From positions 1 through 25,236 of the IMG/VR virus record IMGVR_UViG_3300020045_013299: a stretch of 25,236 bases of DNA; one strand, 5' to 3'. Made by a program: the position numbers and the translations under genes. The notes below the pieces were generated by a model, which did not search any database, had not been told where the DNA came from, and saw only the letters and a program-made list of their open reading frames with translations. Origin of the DNA: a virus (lineage: Duplodnaviria > Caudoviricetes). Positions within the stretch are counted from its first letter, which is position 1, and each line of letters begins with the position of its first letter. Of the stretch, positions 7,332 to 15,495 are shown one piece after another.

Positions 7332-7546
7332 CCGACGGCACAGTAATAGACATGTCGGAACTCTTCCGCCGCGATCCCCTCGGTTACTCAAAACAGGACA
7401 TCGAGGTCATCGTCGCTCGGTTCCGCGAGTCGCGCAAGCAGTTCGACCTCGGTAATAAGCGGGCCGGCTCGACCAAGCCGTTGTCCCCGGCTCAGAAGAA
7501 GATCGCGGATATGGGCAACGCACTCGGACTGGAGATTGATCTATGA
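7328..7546 (+). CDS. hypothetical protein with LGLEIDL tail
   Basis: GAGG SD; coupled to the nuclease gene. Confidence 0.75.
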   Translation: MTDGTVIDMSELFRRDPLGYSKQDIEVIVARFRESRKQFDLGNKRAGSTKPLSPAQKKIADMGNALGLEIDL

Positions 7547-8529
7547 TCGAACGCAAGAGCTTCCGCGATGGAATGCAATTCGCCTGGAACTCATCTTCAA
7601 TCACCGTCGCCAGCGAATGTCTTTACAAATACAAGCTACAAGTGATCGATGGTTGGGCCTCGTCCCGCACCAGCGTGCATTTGATCTTTGGAGGTCTTTA
7701 CGCTACTGCGTTAGAGCATTATCATCAACATGTTGCTCTTGGTGATGGTTGGGAAGAAGCGCTAGGGAAGGTGGTTCACGAGGCGCTGATTTCTTCGTGG
7801 ATGCCCGAGATTGAATGTGAAAAATGTTGTGATGGTTATCAGATTGAAATGGATGCCCCTTGCTCTTATTGTGAGGGTACTGGAAAAATTGGGGGCCACC
7901 CCATGGAGTTCGATCACAACACCAAAACCCGGGAGAACCTCATCCGTTCTATCGTCTGGTACGTCGACCAGTTCCACGACGAGCCCATGTTCGTTATGAA
8001 GGACTCCGAGGGCAAGCCGCTGGTCGAACACACCGGGGTCTTCCAGGTCGACAACGATATCCTCTTCACCTGTCACCTTGACTCCGTTGTTGAGTACGCT
8101 CACGACCCTTACATCCGGGACCAGAAGACCACGGGGACAACCCTGACCGCCCGCTACTTCGACGGCTACAAACCCGACGTTCAGATGTCCATGTACACTT
8201 TTATGGGCAAGGCGCTGTTCAACATTCCGGTTAAGGGAGTGATTATCGATGCAGCTCAAATCGCAGTGGGCTTCACAAGGTTTGAAAGGGGTTTTACATT
8301 TCGGACGGATAGTGAACTTTCGGAATGGTACGACGACAGCATGTTTACTATTGAACTTGCCAGAAGGGCAGCAAAAGAAAATCACTTTCCTCGGAATACA
8401 ACAAGTTGCGGAAATTATGGCGGATGTCCGTTTCGAGCTGCTTGTTCTAGATCACCAGAAGTCCGCGAACAGTTCCTAAAAGCCGACTTCGTTAAGGGCC
8501 TTCGTCTCGATCCTCTAGATATTAGGTAG
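7543..8529 (+). CDS. PD-(D/E)XK Cas4/RecB-like exonuclease with an inserted Zn finger
   Basis: N-terminal Cys (ECLYKY), HLD...IRDQKTT catalytic motifs, QMSMY, C-terminal CGNYGGCPFRAAC (Fe-S-type Cys); extra CEKC...CSYCEGTG. Confidence 0.88.
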   Translation: MIERKSFRDGMQFAWNSSSITVASECLYKYKLQVIDGWASSRTSVHLIFGGLYATALEHYHQHVALGDGWEEALGKVVHEALISSWMPEIECEKCCDGYQIEMDAPCSYCEGTGKIGGHPMEFDHNTKTRENLIRSIVWYVDQFHDEPMFVMKDSEGKPLVEHTGVFQVDNDILFTCHLDSVVEYAHDPYIRDQKTTGTTLTARYFDGYKPDVQMSMYTFMGKALFNIPVKGVIIDAAQIAVGFTRFERGFTFRTDSELSEWYDDSMFTIELARRAAKENHFPRNTTSCGNYGGCPFRAACSRSPEVREQFLKADFVKGLRLDPLDIR

Positions 8530-8534
8530 CACCA

Positions 8535-9302
8535 ATGCCCACAGCTGACCAGTTCCTCACCTCGCCCCTCATCAAGCTGTTGCTTCTAGGAGATAGCGGC
8601 GCCGGCAAAACCAGTGCCTTGGTCTCCTTGCTGGAAGCGGGCTACCACATTCGCATGCTCGACATGGACAAGAACCTTCTCAACCTCGTCCTTCACACCC
8701 GCAAGCGCTGCCCCGAGAAACTCCCGCACCTCGAGTACGAGTCCTACACCGACGACTACAAAGCATCGCAGGGCGGCTTGATCCTCAAGGGCCAGCCCCG
8801 GGCCTTCACCAACATGCTCGGCAAGCTAACCGAGTGGGCGAACATCGATGACCCCAATTCCATCCTCGTCATCGATTCCCTTTCCGCGGTCGGCCGTTCC
8901 GCATTCGAGTGGGCTAAGGGGATGAACCCCGCGAGCAAAGACCCTCGCCAGTGGTACGGCGCGGCGCAGAAAGCAGTCGAGGACACCATTGCGCTGTTGA
9001 CTTCCGATCAGGTAAAGCAGCACGTCATCGTCATCACCCACATCAAATACGCTGAGTCGGACACCGGCTCGCAGAAGGGCTATGCCAACTCGATCGGCCA
9101 GGCCTTGAACACCGTCGTCCCCCGATACTTCTCCACCATGATCCAGGCGGAAGTAACCGGGACCGGCAACAATCTTAAACGAGAACTCCGGACAGTACCG
9201 ACCGGGCTCGTAGATCTCAAAGCTCCGCCCCTCGACCTTCCCGCCAAGCTCCCGCTTGACACCGGGTTGGCCGAGATCTTCGCGAAGCTAAAAGCGGCCT
9301 AG
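8535..9302 (+). CDS. Sak4-like / AAA_24 RecA-fold ATPase (single-strand annealing)
   Basis: Walker A GDSGAGKT, Walker B LVIDSLS, VIVITH; lies between the nuclease and an SSB-like gene. Confidence 0.82.
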   Translation: MPTADQFLTSPLIKLLLLGDSGAGKTSALVSLLEAGYHIRMLDMDKNLLNLVLHTRKRCPEKLPHLEYESYTDDYKASQGGLILKGQPRAFTNMLGKLTEWANIDDPNSILVIDSLSAVGRSAFEWAKGMNPASKDPRQWYGAAQKAVEDTIALLTSDQVKQHVIVITHIKYAESDTGSQKGYANSIGQALNTVVPRYFSTMIQAEVTGTGNNLKRELRTVPTGLVDLKAPPLDLPAKLPLDTGLAEIFAKLKAA

Positions 9303-9347
9303 CCCCCCGTCACGTGGGCTGTAAACGAAACCAAGGAAACGAAACTA

Positions 9348-9812
9348 ATGGTTGATTTTAAATCTATCGCCTCGAAGAAGATCACAGATATCGAGAAGCC
9401 CCCGCTTCCGCCCGTCGGTACCTACCGCTGGACCATCACTAAGATCCCCGAGGTCCGCGAAGTGTCCTCCGACAAGGGCTCGTGGGATGCGGTTGAGTAC
9501 CAGCTCAAAGCGCTCGAAGCCATGGACAACGTGGACATGGATGGTTACAAGGGCGGGATCGCCTCGATCACTTCCCGCATCTCCTTCATGTTCGACAAGA
9601 ACGACCCGGCCAACTTCGCGAAGACCGAGTACCGTCACAAGGTCTTCCTCGAGAAGCACGTCGGTTGCGCCACCGCGGACATGTCGCTGAGCGAAGCGAT
9701 GAACGCTTCCGTGGGTGGTCAGTTCCTCGCCGACCTCCGCTGGGATCCGGACAAGAGCAACCCCGGCGAGTACAACGCTAACATCGCGAAGACCGCCCCG
9801 GTTGAGTTATAG
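9348..9812 (+). CDS. putative single-stranded DNA-binding protein (DUF669-like)
   Basis: PPLPPVGTYRWTI N-terminus, beta-rich pattern, optimised codons, typical position after Sak4. Confidence 0.7.
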   Translation: MVDFKSIASKKITDIEKPPLPPVGTYRWTITKIPEVREVSSDKGSWDAVEYQLKALEAMDNVDMDGYKGGIASITSRISFMFDKNDPANFAKTEYRHKVFLEKHVGCATADMSLSEAMNASVGGQFLADLRWDPDKSNPGEYNANIAKTAPVEL

Positions 9813-9825
9813 CTGAAGCTAGGCG

Positions 9826-9848
9826 AAGGGGAGCTTCGGCTCCCTTTT
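9826..9848 (+). terminator. Rho-independent terminator
   Basis: AAGGGGAGC-TTCG-GCTCCCTTTT, a C(UUCG)G tetraloop followed by a short U tract. Confidence 0.75.
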
Positions 9849-9865
9849 GCTGCTAGGAGGACCCA

Positions 9866-10093
9866 ATGACTGACCATGACTACGGAAATTTCTTGCCCGA
9901 AAAATATTACCTTTGGAGCACCCGCCTATCCGGCTGGGCTACCAACGCCGGCACCTACACCAGCGACCGTCACTCAGCCGTTCTTCTATCCCACGCGGAT
10001 GCGATAGAGCGCTGCAAAGTACACCGGGGGATGGGCGGAGAGTTCGGGCTCGTCCCTGTTTCCGAAACGATGTTGAGGGAGATCTTAAAATGA
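9866..10093 (+). CDS. hypothetical phage protein
   Basis: AGGAGG SD; YYLWS...W...GTYT pattern. Confidence 0.75.
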   Translation: MTDHDYGNFLPEKYYLWSTRLSGWATNAGTYTSDRHSAVLLSHADAIERCKVHRGMGGEFGLVPVSETMLREILK

Positions 10094-10233
10094 CCGAGTT
10101 TGATCGCTATGTATTTTATTATAACAAAAACGTATGCTATTTTCTTCATAGCTACGCCGGCATGTCATCCCCTGGACCGTTTATAACATTACATACCGTT
10201 TGCGTATTCGGATTGGATGGAGTAACCGGATGA
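10090..10233 (+). CDS. small AT-rich hypothetical protein (47 aa)
   Basis: ATGA overlaps at both ends; GAGGG SD. Confidence 0.5.
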   Translation: MTEFDRYVFYYNKNVCYFLHSYAGMSSPGPFITLHTVCVFGLDGVTG

Positions 10234-11498
10234 CCAGCGGCTCCTTCCAATCCATCCCCCTTTCCTCCATCATCATCAACCGCTCGGAGCGCCAACGCCG
10301 TGACCTCACCGACATCGAGGAACTCGCGGACAGTATTAATCGTATTGGTCTTATCCACCCTATTGTGGTCACTCCAGATATGGTTCTTGTTGCTGGTGAA
10401 CGTCGCTTCACAGCAATCAGCCTTCTCGGCTGGACCGCCATCCCCGCTCAGTTCACAACCGACCTGTCCGAACTAGAACTCGGCATCATCGAGCTTGAAG
10501 AGAACATTAAGCGGCAGGCGATTTCGTGGCAAGACGAGGCCCTAGCTGTTGATAAGTTCCACCGGCTGCGCCTTCAACAGAACCCCGAGCAGACCCTTGA
10601 CGAGACCGCGCAGGAACTTGGCCAGTCTTCCTCCGGCATATCTAAAAAGATAGCTGTAGCTAAGGAGATCGCCCGGGGTAACGTGCTGGTGAAGAACGCG
10701 GACAAGCTTTCAACCGCACAGAACATCACTGCCCGGGAACAGTCCCGTCGGCAAGCCTCGCTCGACACCATCGCAACCGGGCTGCTGGACGACTTCACCG
10801 GGGAGGTAACCGATGTTACAAAGAAAGTCCCGCTACTTAACACCGACTTCATCGAGTGGGCTGATGCATACACCGGCCGCCCCTTCAACCTTCTCCATTG
10901 CGACTTCCCCTACGGGGTCGACATGCACAAGTCCGGCCAGGGTGCGAACCAAGAGTTCGGTAGCTACGCTGATTCAGCTGACGTTTATTGGAAGCTGCTT
11001 GATTGCCTCGGGCGCAACATGGATTCTTTGGTAGCGCCATCAGCGCATTTGATCTTCTGGTTCTCGATGGATTATTACAATGAGACAATGGACATTCTCA
11101 CAAGGGCCGGCTGGAGAGTTAATGCTTTCCCACTTATCTGGTTTAAGTCTGACAATACCGGAGTCATACCTGACGCCCAGCGCGGACCTCGCCGGGTATA
11201 TGAAACTGCATTTCTCGCAAGCCGCGGAGATAGAAAACTTACTCCACGTGGGGCTGTGTCTAACCTCTTCGCTCACGCAGGCCGCAACAAAGAACTCCAC
11301 ATGAACGAGAAGCCGGTCCCCATGCTCACCCACTTCCTCAGCATGTTGACCGACGAATACACCCACTTCCTCGACCCCACCTGCGGCTCGGCCAACGCGG
11401 TCAAAGCGGCGGAGGCACTCGGTGCCAATTCGGTGCTGGGGATTGAGAAGAATGAAGAGTTCTTTCTGCGTTCTTCAGCCGCGTACTATGAAGACTAA
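10230..11498 (+). CDS. ParB-like N-terminal domain fused to an N6/N4-type DNA methyltransferase
   Basis: IHPIVV...LVAGERRFTA...IELEENIKR (ParB/Srx); HTH-like TLDETAQELG; HCDFPYG (motif IV variant), HMNEKP, FLDPTCGS (motif I). Confidence 0.85.
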   Translation: MTSGSFQSIPLSSIIINRSERQRRDLTDIEELADSINRIGLIHPIVVTPDMVLVAGERRFTAISLLGWTAIPAQFTTDLSELELGIIELEENIKRQAISWQDEALAVDKFHRLRLQQNPEQTLDETAQELGQSSSGISKKIAVAKEIARGNVLVKNADKLSTAQNITAREQSRRQASLDTIATGLLDDFTGEVTDVTKKVPLLNTDFIEWADAYTGRPFNLLHCDFPYGVDMHKSGQGANQEFGSYADSADVYWKLLDCLGRNMDSLVAPSAHLIFWFSMDYYNETMDILTRAGWRVNAFPLIWFKSDNTGVIPDAQRGPRRVYETAFLASRGDRKLTPRGAVSNLFAHAGRNKELHMNEKPVPMLTHFLSMLTDEYTHFLDPTCGSANAVKAAEALGANSVLGIEKNEEFFLRSSAAYYED

Positions 11499-11546
11499 CT
11501 GGGCCATACCCTTGAACCATTCACAAAGCCATATCGGAGAATCCAC

Positions 11547-11957
11547 ATGCCAAAGACATCCTTCATCGACTCCGTTGATTCCAACGCTCTTTCCGAAGCT
11601 ATGCAGAACGTCGACGCTGATCACCCCTTCACCGGCAATCAGGACTTCACCGTCGATGTAGCCGAAGAAGCGCCGATGCCCCACGCTCAGTATTCCGACC
11701 CTCTCCTCATCGAGCGCGAGACAACCCACGGAGACTACCGCAACACCGCCCGGATCATCCAGCGGTTGAAGGACACGCTGCTCGTCGAACAAGTTCGGCG
11801 GACCAAGCGCGGTCAACCCCGGCTCACCGACACACAGAAGGAATGCCTCGACATGATCGTTCACAAGATCGGGCGGATCGTATCCGGCGAGAGCGGACAC
11901 GCGGATCACTGGCAGGACATCGCCGGCTACGCCAAGCTCGCAAGAGCCGACGTATGA
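11547..11957 (+). CDS. DUF6378-like protein (putative nucleotide-processing alpha-helical domain)
   Basis: LIERETTHGDY...KIGRIVSG...DHWQDIAGYAKL signature; GGAG SD. Confidence 0.8.
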   Translation: MPKTSFIDSVDSNALSEAMQNVDADHPFTGNQDFTVDVAEEAPMPHAQYSDPLLIERETTHGDYRNTARIIQRLKDTLLVEQVRRTKRGQPRLTDTQKECLDMIVHKIGRIVSGESGHADHWQDIAGYAKLARADV

Positions 11958-12985
11958 AAATCCTCCTTCTCGGGGAAGCATTCTCGGAGGCCGACGAGCG
12001 TGTCGGTCTTCCGTTCCAGGGGCCGGCGGGGTGGTTCCTTCGAGACGCCCTGTCTTCCGTCGGAGTCGATTACAAGGATTGTTTCGCAACCTCCGTCTTC
12101 AATCTCCGCCCCCAGCCGAAGACCGACATCATCAACCTCTGCGGGTCAAAGACCGAGGCCATCCCGGGCCTCCCCGCGCTAGTCAAGGGCAAGTACGCCC
12201 GCTCGGAGTACATCAATGAACTTCGTAGACTTTACAAAGAAATTAACCGCGAGAACCCAAACATTATCATCGCGCTGGGAGCGACAGCGACGTGGGCGCT
12301 CTGCCACAGCGCTGGTATCCGTGCGGTTCGGGGGGCGTTCACCGTTACGCATCAGGATTGCGGGAAGAGTGTCGGTGTTCCACTCGCCCGCCAGTTCAAG
12401 GTAATGCCCACGTACCACCCCGCGGCAGTACTTCGCGAGTGGACCCTTCGCCCGATCGTCTATTCAGATCTAGATAAAGCGACGAGGAACAGTGGGTTTC
12501 CAGAAGTCATCCGCCCCACCCGTGAAGTCTGGATCGAGCCCACATTGGAGGACATGCTTCGTTATGAGAAAGAATACATCCTCCCGGCTGAACGACTATC
12601 GATCGACATCGAGACTAAGGGCGATCAAGTTACTTGTGTTGGCTTTGCTCCTTCCGTATCCTCCGCTATCGTCATCCCCTTTTATTCTTTCTCAGTCCCC
12701 GAAAGAAACTACTGGGCAAAGAAAGAAGACGAGTTATCCGCGTGGAAAATGGTGAAGAGGTGGTGCGAAAGCAAACCCTCAGTGTTTCAGAATGGCTGTT
12801 ACGACATGCACCGTCTCTGGCGAACCTACGGCATCCGCTGTGTACCAGCTGAAGACACCATGCTCTTGCACCACAGCTTGCAACCGGAAATGGAGAAAGG
12901 CCTCGGCTTCCTCGCTACCATCTATACCGAGGAGGCCTCTTGGAAATTCATGTCAAGGGTCGAAACATTGAAGAAGGAGGACTAG
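11954..12985 (+). CDS. uracil-DNA glycosylase-like domain plus the N-terminal part of the 3'-5' exonuclease (DNA polymerase subunit 1)
   Basis: LLGEAFS...PFQGPAG, IIALGATA, PTYHPAAVLR (family 4-like UDG); SIDIET (Exo I), QNGCYD (Exo II), DTMLLHH; no Exo III. Confidence 0.88.
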   Translation: MKILLLGEAFSEADERVGLPFQGPAGWFLRDALSSVGVDYKDCFATSVFNLRPQPKTDIINLCGSKTEAIPGLPALVKGKYARSEYINELRRLYKEINRENPNIIIALGATATWALCHSAGIRAVRGAFTVTHQDCGKSVGVPLARQFKVMPTYHPAAVLREWTLRPIVYSDLDKATRNSGFPEVIRPTREVWIEPTLEDMLRYEKEYILPAERLSIDIETKGDQVTCVGFAPSVSSAIVIPFYSFSVPERNYWAKKEDELSAWKMVKRWCESKPSVFQNGCYDMHRLWRTYGIRCVPAEDTMLLHHSLQPEMEKGLGFLATIYTEEASWKFMSRVETLKKED

Positions 12986-13183
12986 ATGAGTAAGACAGTC
13001 AGCACAAAGAACATCTACGCCCCGGATTTAGTTTCCGTGGAAGAGTTTGGCGAGCATAAATCTTTCGTCAACCGCGCAGCAACAACCAGAGTATGGACTT
13101 TTAAATCTGCGGATGACGCGAGAAAATTTGAAAAAGCTATTCAAGAAACACCGTCTAGATTTATTAGAGGGAAAAAGAAATGA
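12986..13183 (+). CDS. hypothetical protein between the polymerase halves
   Basis: AAGGAGG SD; abuts the upstream stop; ATGA coupling downstream. Confidence 0.65.
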   Translation: MSKTVSTKNIYAPDLVSVEEFGEHKSFVNRAATTRVWTFKSADDARKFEKAIQETPSRFIRGKKK

Positions 13184-13515
13184 TCTACCTCGCTTCCCCC
13201 TACTCCCACCCCGATCCACTCATCCGCAAGACCCGTTTCTTGCTAGCCGAGGAGTTCGTCGCCAACAACTTTCCCAAGCATATCTATTCCCCCATCGTTC
13301 ACTACCACGAGATGGCATTGAAGTTTAATCTCGAATCTGATTTTCAGAATTGGAAACAGATCAACTTCGACATGATCCGCCGAGCCGACGCCTTCTGGAT
13401 TCTTGACATCGACGGCTGGTATGAAAGTAAAGGCGTGACAGCAGAGGGTGACTTCGCCCGGGAATGCGGTTTCGATCTTCAACTAACGAGTGGAAAAGAA
13501 TGGCCCGGATCATAG
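13180..13515 (+). CDS. DUF1937-like protein (nucleoside 2-deoxyribosyltransferase-like fold)
   Basis: MIYLASPYSH...YSPIVH...W...ESKGVTAE signature. Confidence 0.82.
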   Translation: MIYLASPYSHPDPLIRKTRFLLAEEFVANNFPKHIYSPIVHYHEMALKFNLESDFQNWKQINFDMIRRADAFWILDIDGWYESKGVTAEGDFARECGFDLQLTSGKEWPGS

Positions 13516-15023
13516 ACACCTCGACCCTCACCCCCGAACGCCTCCGTTCCATGACCCAGGACGAATCTTACTGGGTCTACAACGGCCTTGACGTATGTGT
13601 CACCGAGGAAATCCTGCAACAGTTGTTGCCCCAGCTCGACGAAGTCACCCGCCCCACTTACGAGCTATCCAAAGCACTTCAAGCCCCGGTCCTCGAAATG
13701 TCCATGCGCGGGATTCTCGTCAACCAGAACACCCGCCGCAAGATTATGTCGAAGTTTCAAAAGCAGCTTAGGCAGCTTGAAGAACAGCTCGACGCCATCG
13801 TGGGTGAAGGGATCGGGGTGCCGCTTAACTGGCGCAGTCCCAAACAACTTGGCGAGCTTCTCTACGACATCATGGGCTTGCCCGAACAGAAGAAGAGGAA
13901 TACGAATGGAATCTTTGCAAGAACTACCGGCCGAGAGGCCCTCGAAAATCTTGGTGTGCATTTCCTCGCCGAACCACTCGTCAACCATCTGCTGCTCTTG
14001 CGAGACATTGGCAAGGCTCTCGGGTTTCTTGAGACTGGCATCGATACTGACGGACGTATGCGGACCAATTTCAATATCGCTGGAACTAACACCGGACGAT
14101 TTGCATCCTCAGCTTCGGATTACGGTACAGGAACCAACCTTCAAAATGTGGCGAGAGACCTTCGACGAGTCTTCGTCGCCGACCCGGGAATGAAATTCGC
14201 CAACCTCGATCTTGAGCAAGCTGACTCGCGCAACTTGGGCGCGCTACTTTGGGAGGTATTCTACGATGAACTCGGACCCGACGAAGCCGGGAAGTATCTT
14301 GACGCTTGTGAGTCGGGGGATCTGCATACTTTTGTCTGCCGCATGTGCAATTCGCAGCTCGCCTGGGGAACCGCACCGGACCGACAAATTGCGGATACAG
14401 TATTCTACCGTGACAAAACTTACCGAGACGGAGCTAAAGTTCTTGGACACGGCTCAAACTATCTTGGTACCCCCAGGACAATGGCAAAGCACACCAAGTT
14501 TCCAGCGAACCTTGTCGAGCAATTTCAGCACAAATATTTTGGGGCTTTCCCTGCCATCCCTCGCTATCATTCCTTCGTACGCGGCGCTATTAAAGACTAC
14601 GCCAGTCTCACAACATTATTTGGTCGACGTAGATTTTTCTTCGGAAGGCACACCGACGATGCAACCATTCGAGAGGCTGTTGCTTACTCTCCACAATCTA
14701 TGACCGCCGATGAGATCAACACCGGCATCCTCAATCTTTGGCGGGCGAACAAAGTTCAGCTTCTCGTCCAGGTCCACGACTCCATTCTCTTCCAATTCCC
14801 CGAACATCTTGAAAATGAAATCATTCCTTGGGCTCTTGAAAATCTCCGCGCACCTTTGAAACTAAAACACGGACGAGACTTTGTTGTTCCTACTGAAGCC
14901 AAGACAGGCTGGTCGTGGGGTGACTGGTCGGAAGATAACCCTGATGGATTAAAAAAGTGGAAGGGAAGTGATTCCCGAGAACGGAGTGAAAAATATGCCA
15001 AGCTCTCGATTAGAGCTCTCTGA
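13500..15023 (+). CDS. polA: family A DNA polymerase (Exo III + polymerase domain; subunit 2)
   Basis: YNGLD (Exo III), NWRSPKQL, GTNTGRFAS, NLQN, motif A DLEQAD, motif B RDGAKVLGHGSNY, motif C QVHDS. Confidence 0.93.
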   Translation: MARIIDTSTLTPERLRSMTQDESYWVYNGLDVCVTEEILQQLLPQLDEVTRPTYELSKALQAPVLEMSMRGILVNQNTRRKIMSKFQKQLRQLEEQLDAIVGEGIGVPLNWRSPKQLGELLYDIMGLPEQKKRNTNGIFARTTGREALENLGVHFLAEPLVNHLLLLRDIGKALGFLETGIDTDGRMRTNFNIAGTNTGRFASSASDYGTGTNLQNVARDLRRVFVADPGMKFANLDLEQADSRNLGALLWEVFYDELGPDEAGKYLDACESGDLHTFVCRMCNSQLAWGTAPDRQIADTVFYRDKTYRDGAKVLGHGSNYLGTPRTMAKHTKFPANLVEQFQHKYFGAFPAIPRYHSFVRGAIKDYASLTTLFGRRRFFFGRHTDDATIREAVAYSPQSMTADEINTGILNLWRANKVQLLVQVHDSILFQFPEHLENEIIPWALENLRAPLKLKHGRDFVVPTEAKTGWSWGDWSEDNPDGLKKWKGSDSRERSEKYAKLSIRAL

Positions 15024-15495
15024 ACAACTTGTGGGTCTACTAGATTATAATTCAGGTACAGGAGAGTTACGTTGGAAATATATAATGTCCACAAAGAAAC
15101 CAACATTGGAGGCCGGATGTATAAATAAAGATGGCTATCATGTAATTACATTTTGTGGAGTTCAGTTCTTTGGGCATATCTTAGCTTGGAGAATTCATTA
15201 TGGAGTTTGGCCTTCTTCTTTACTTGATCACAAAAACAGAAAACGAAACGAAAATCAAATAGATAATCTTCGAGAAGCTACAAGTCGCGAAAATCAACTA
15301 AACAGTTGTCGTTTCGATAAACCTTCAGTTGGTATTTCTTATAACGCTAGATGTAGAAAATGGAAAGTTACGGGAGGACGGCCTCAGAGAAAACACCTGG
15401 GGTATTATGAAACTTTCGAGGAAGCACAGGCGGCACGTGATGAACAACATAAAAACACTTCAGTCGGTAACACCAGCATCCGTGCGGAAATGTAA
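14995..15495 (+). CDS. HNH endonuclease with an AP2-like C-terminal DNA-binding domain
   Basis: LDYNSGTGELRW, HILAWRIHYG, LDHKNRKRNENQIDNLREAT, HLGYYETFEEAQAAR; AT-rich; GGAG SD before ATG 14995. Confidence 0.87.
   Translation: MPSSRLELSEQLVGLLDYNSGTGELRWKYIMSTKKPTLEAGCINKDGYHVITFCGVQFFGHILAWRIHYGVWPSSLLDHKNRKRNENQIDNLREATSRENQLNSCRFDKPSVGISYNARCRKWKVTGGRPQRKHLGYYETFEEAQAARDEQHKNTSVGNTSIRAEM

Noticed and set aside
7543-8529. Cas4-like gene as a sign of a CRISPR system
   Set aside because: No repeat-spacer array or other cas genes; the context is a phage recombination module.
12986-13499. Possible intron or intein joining the polymerase halves
   Set aside because: The gap is filled by two coupled ORFs with SDs, and I see no intein termini or group I core elements; not excluded experimentally.
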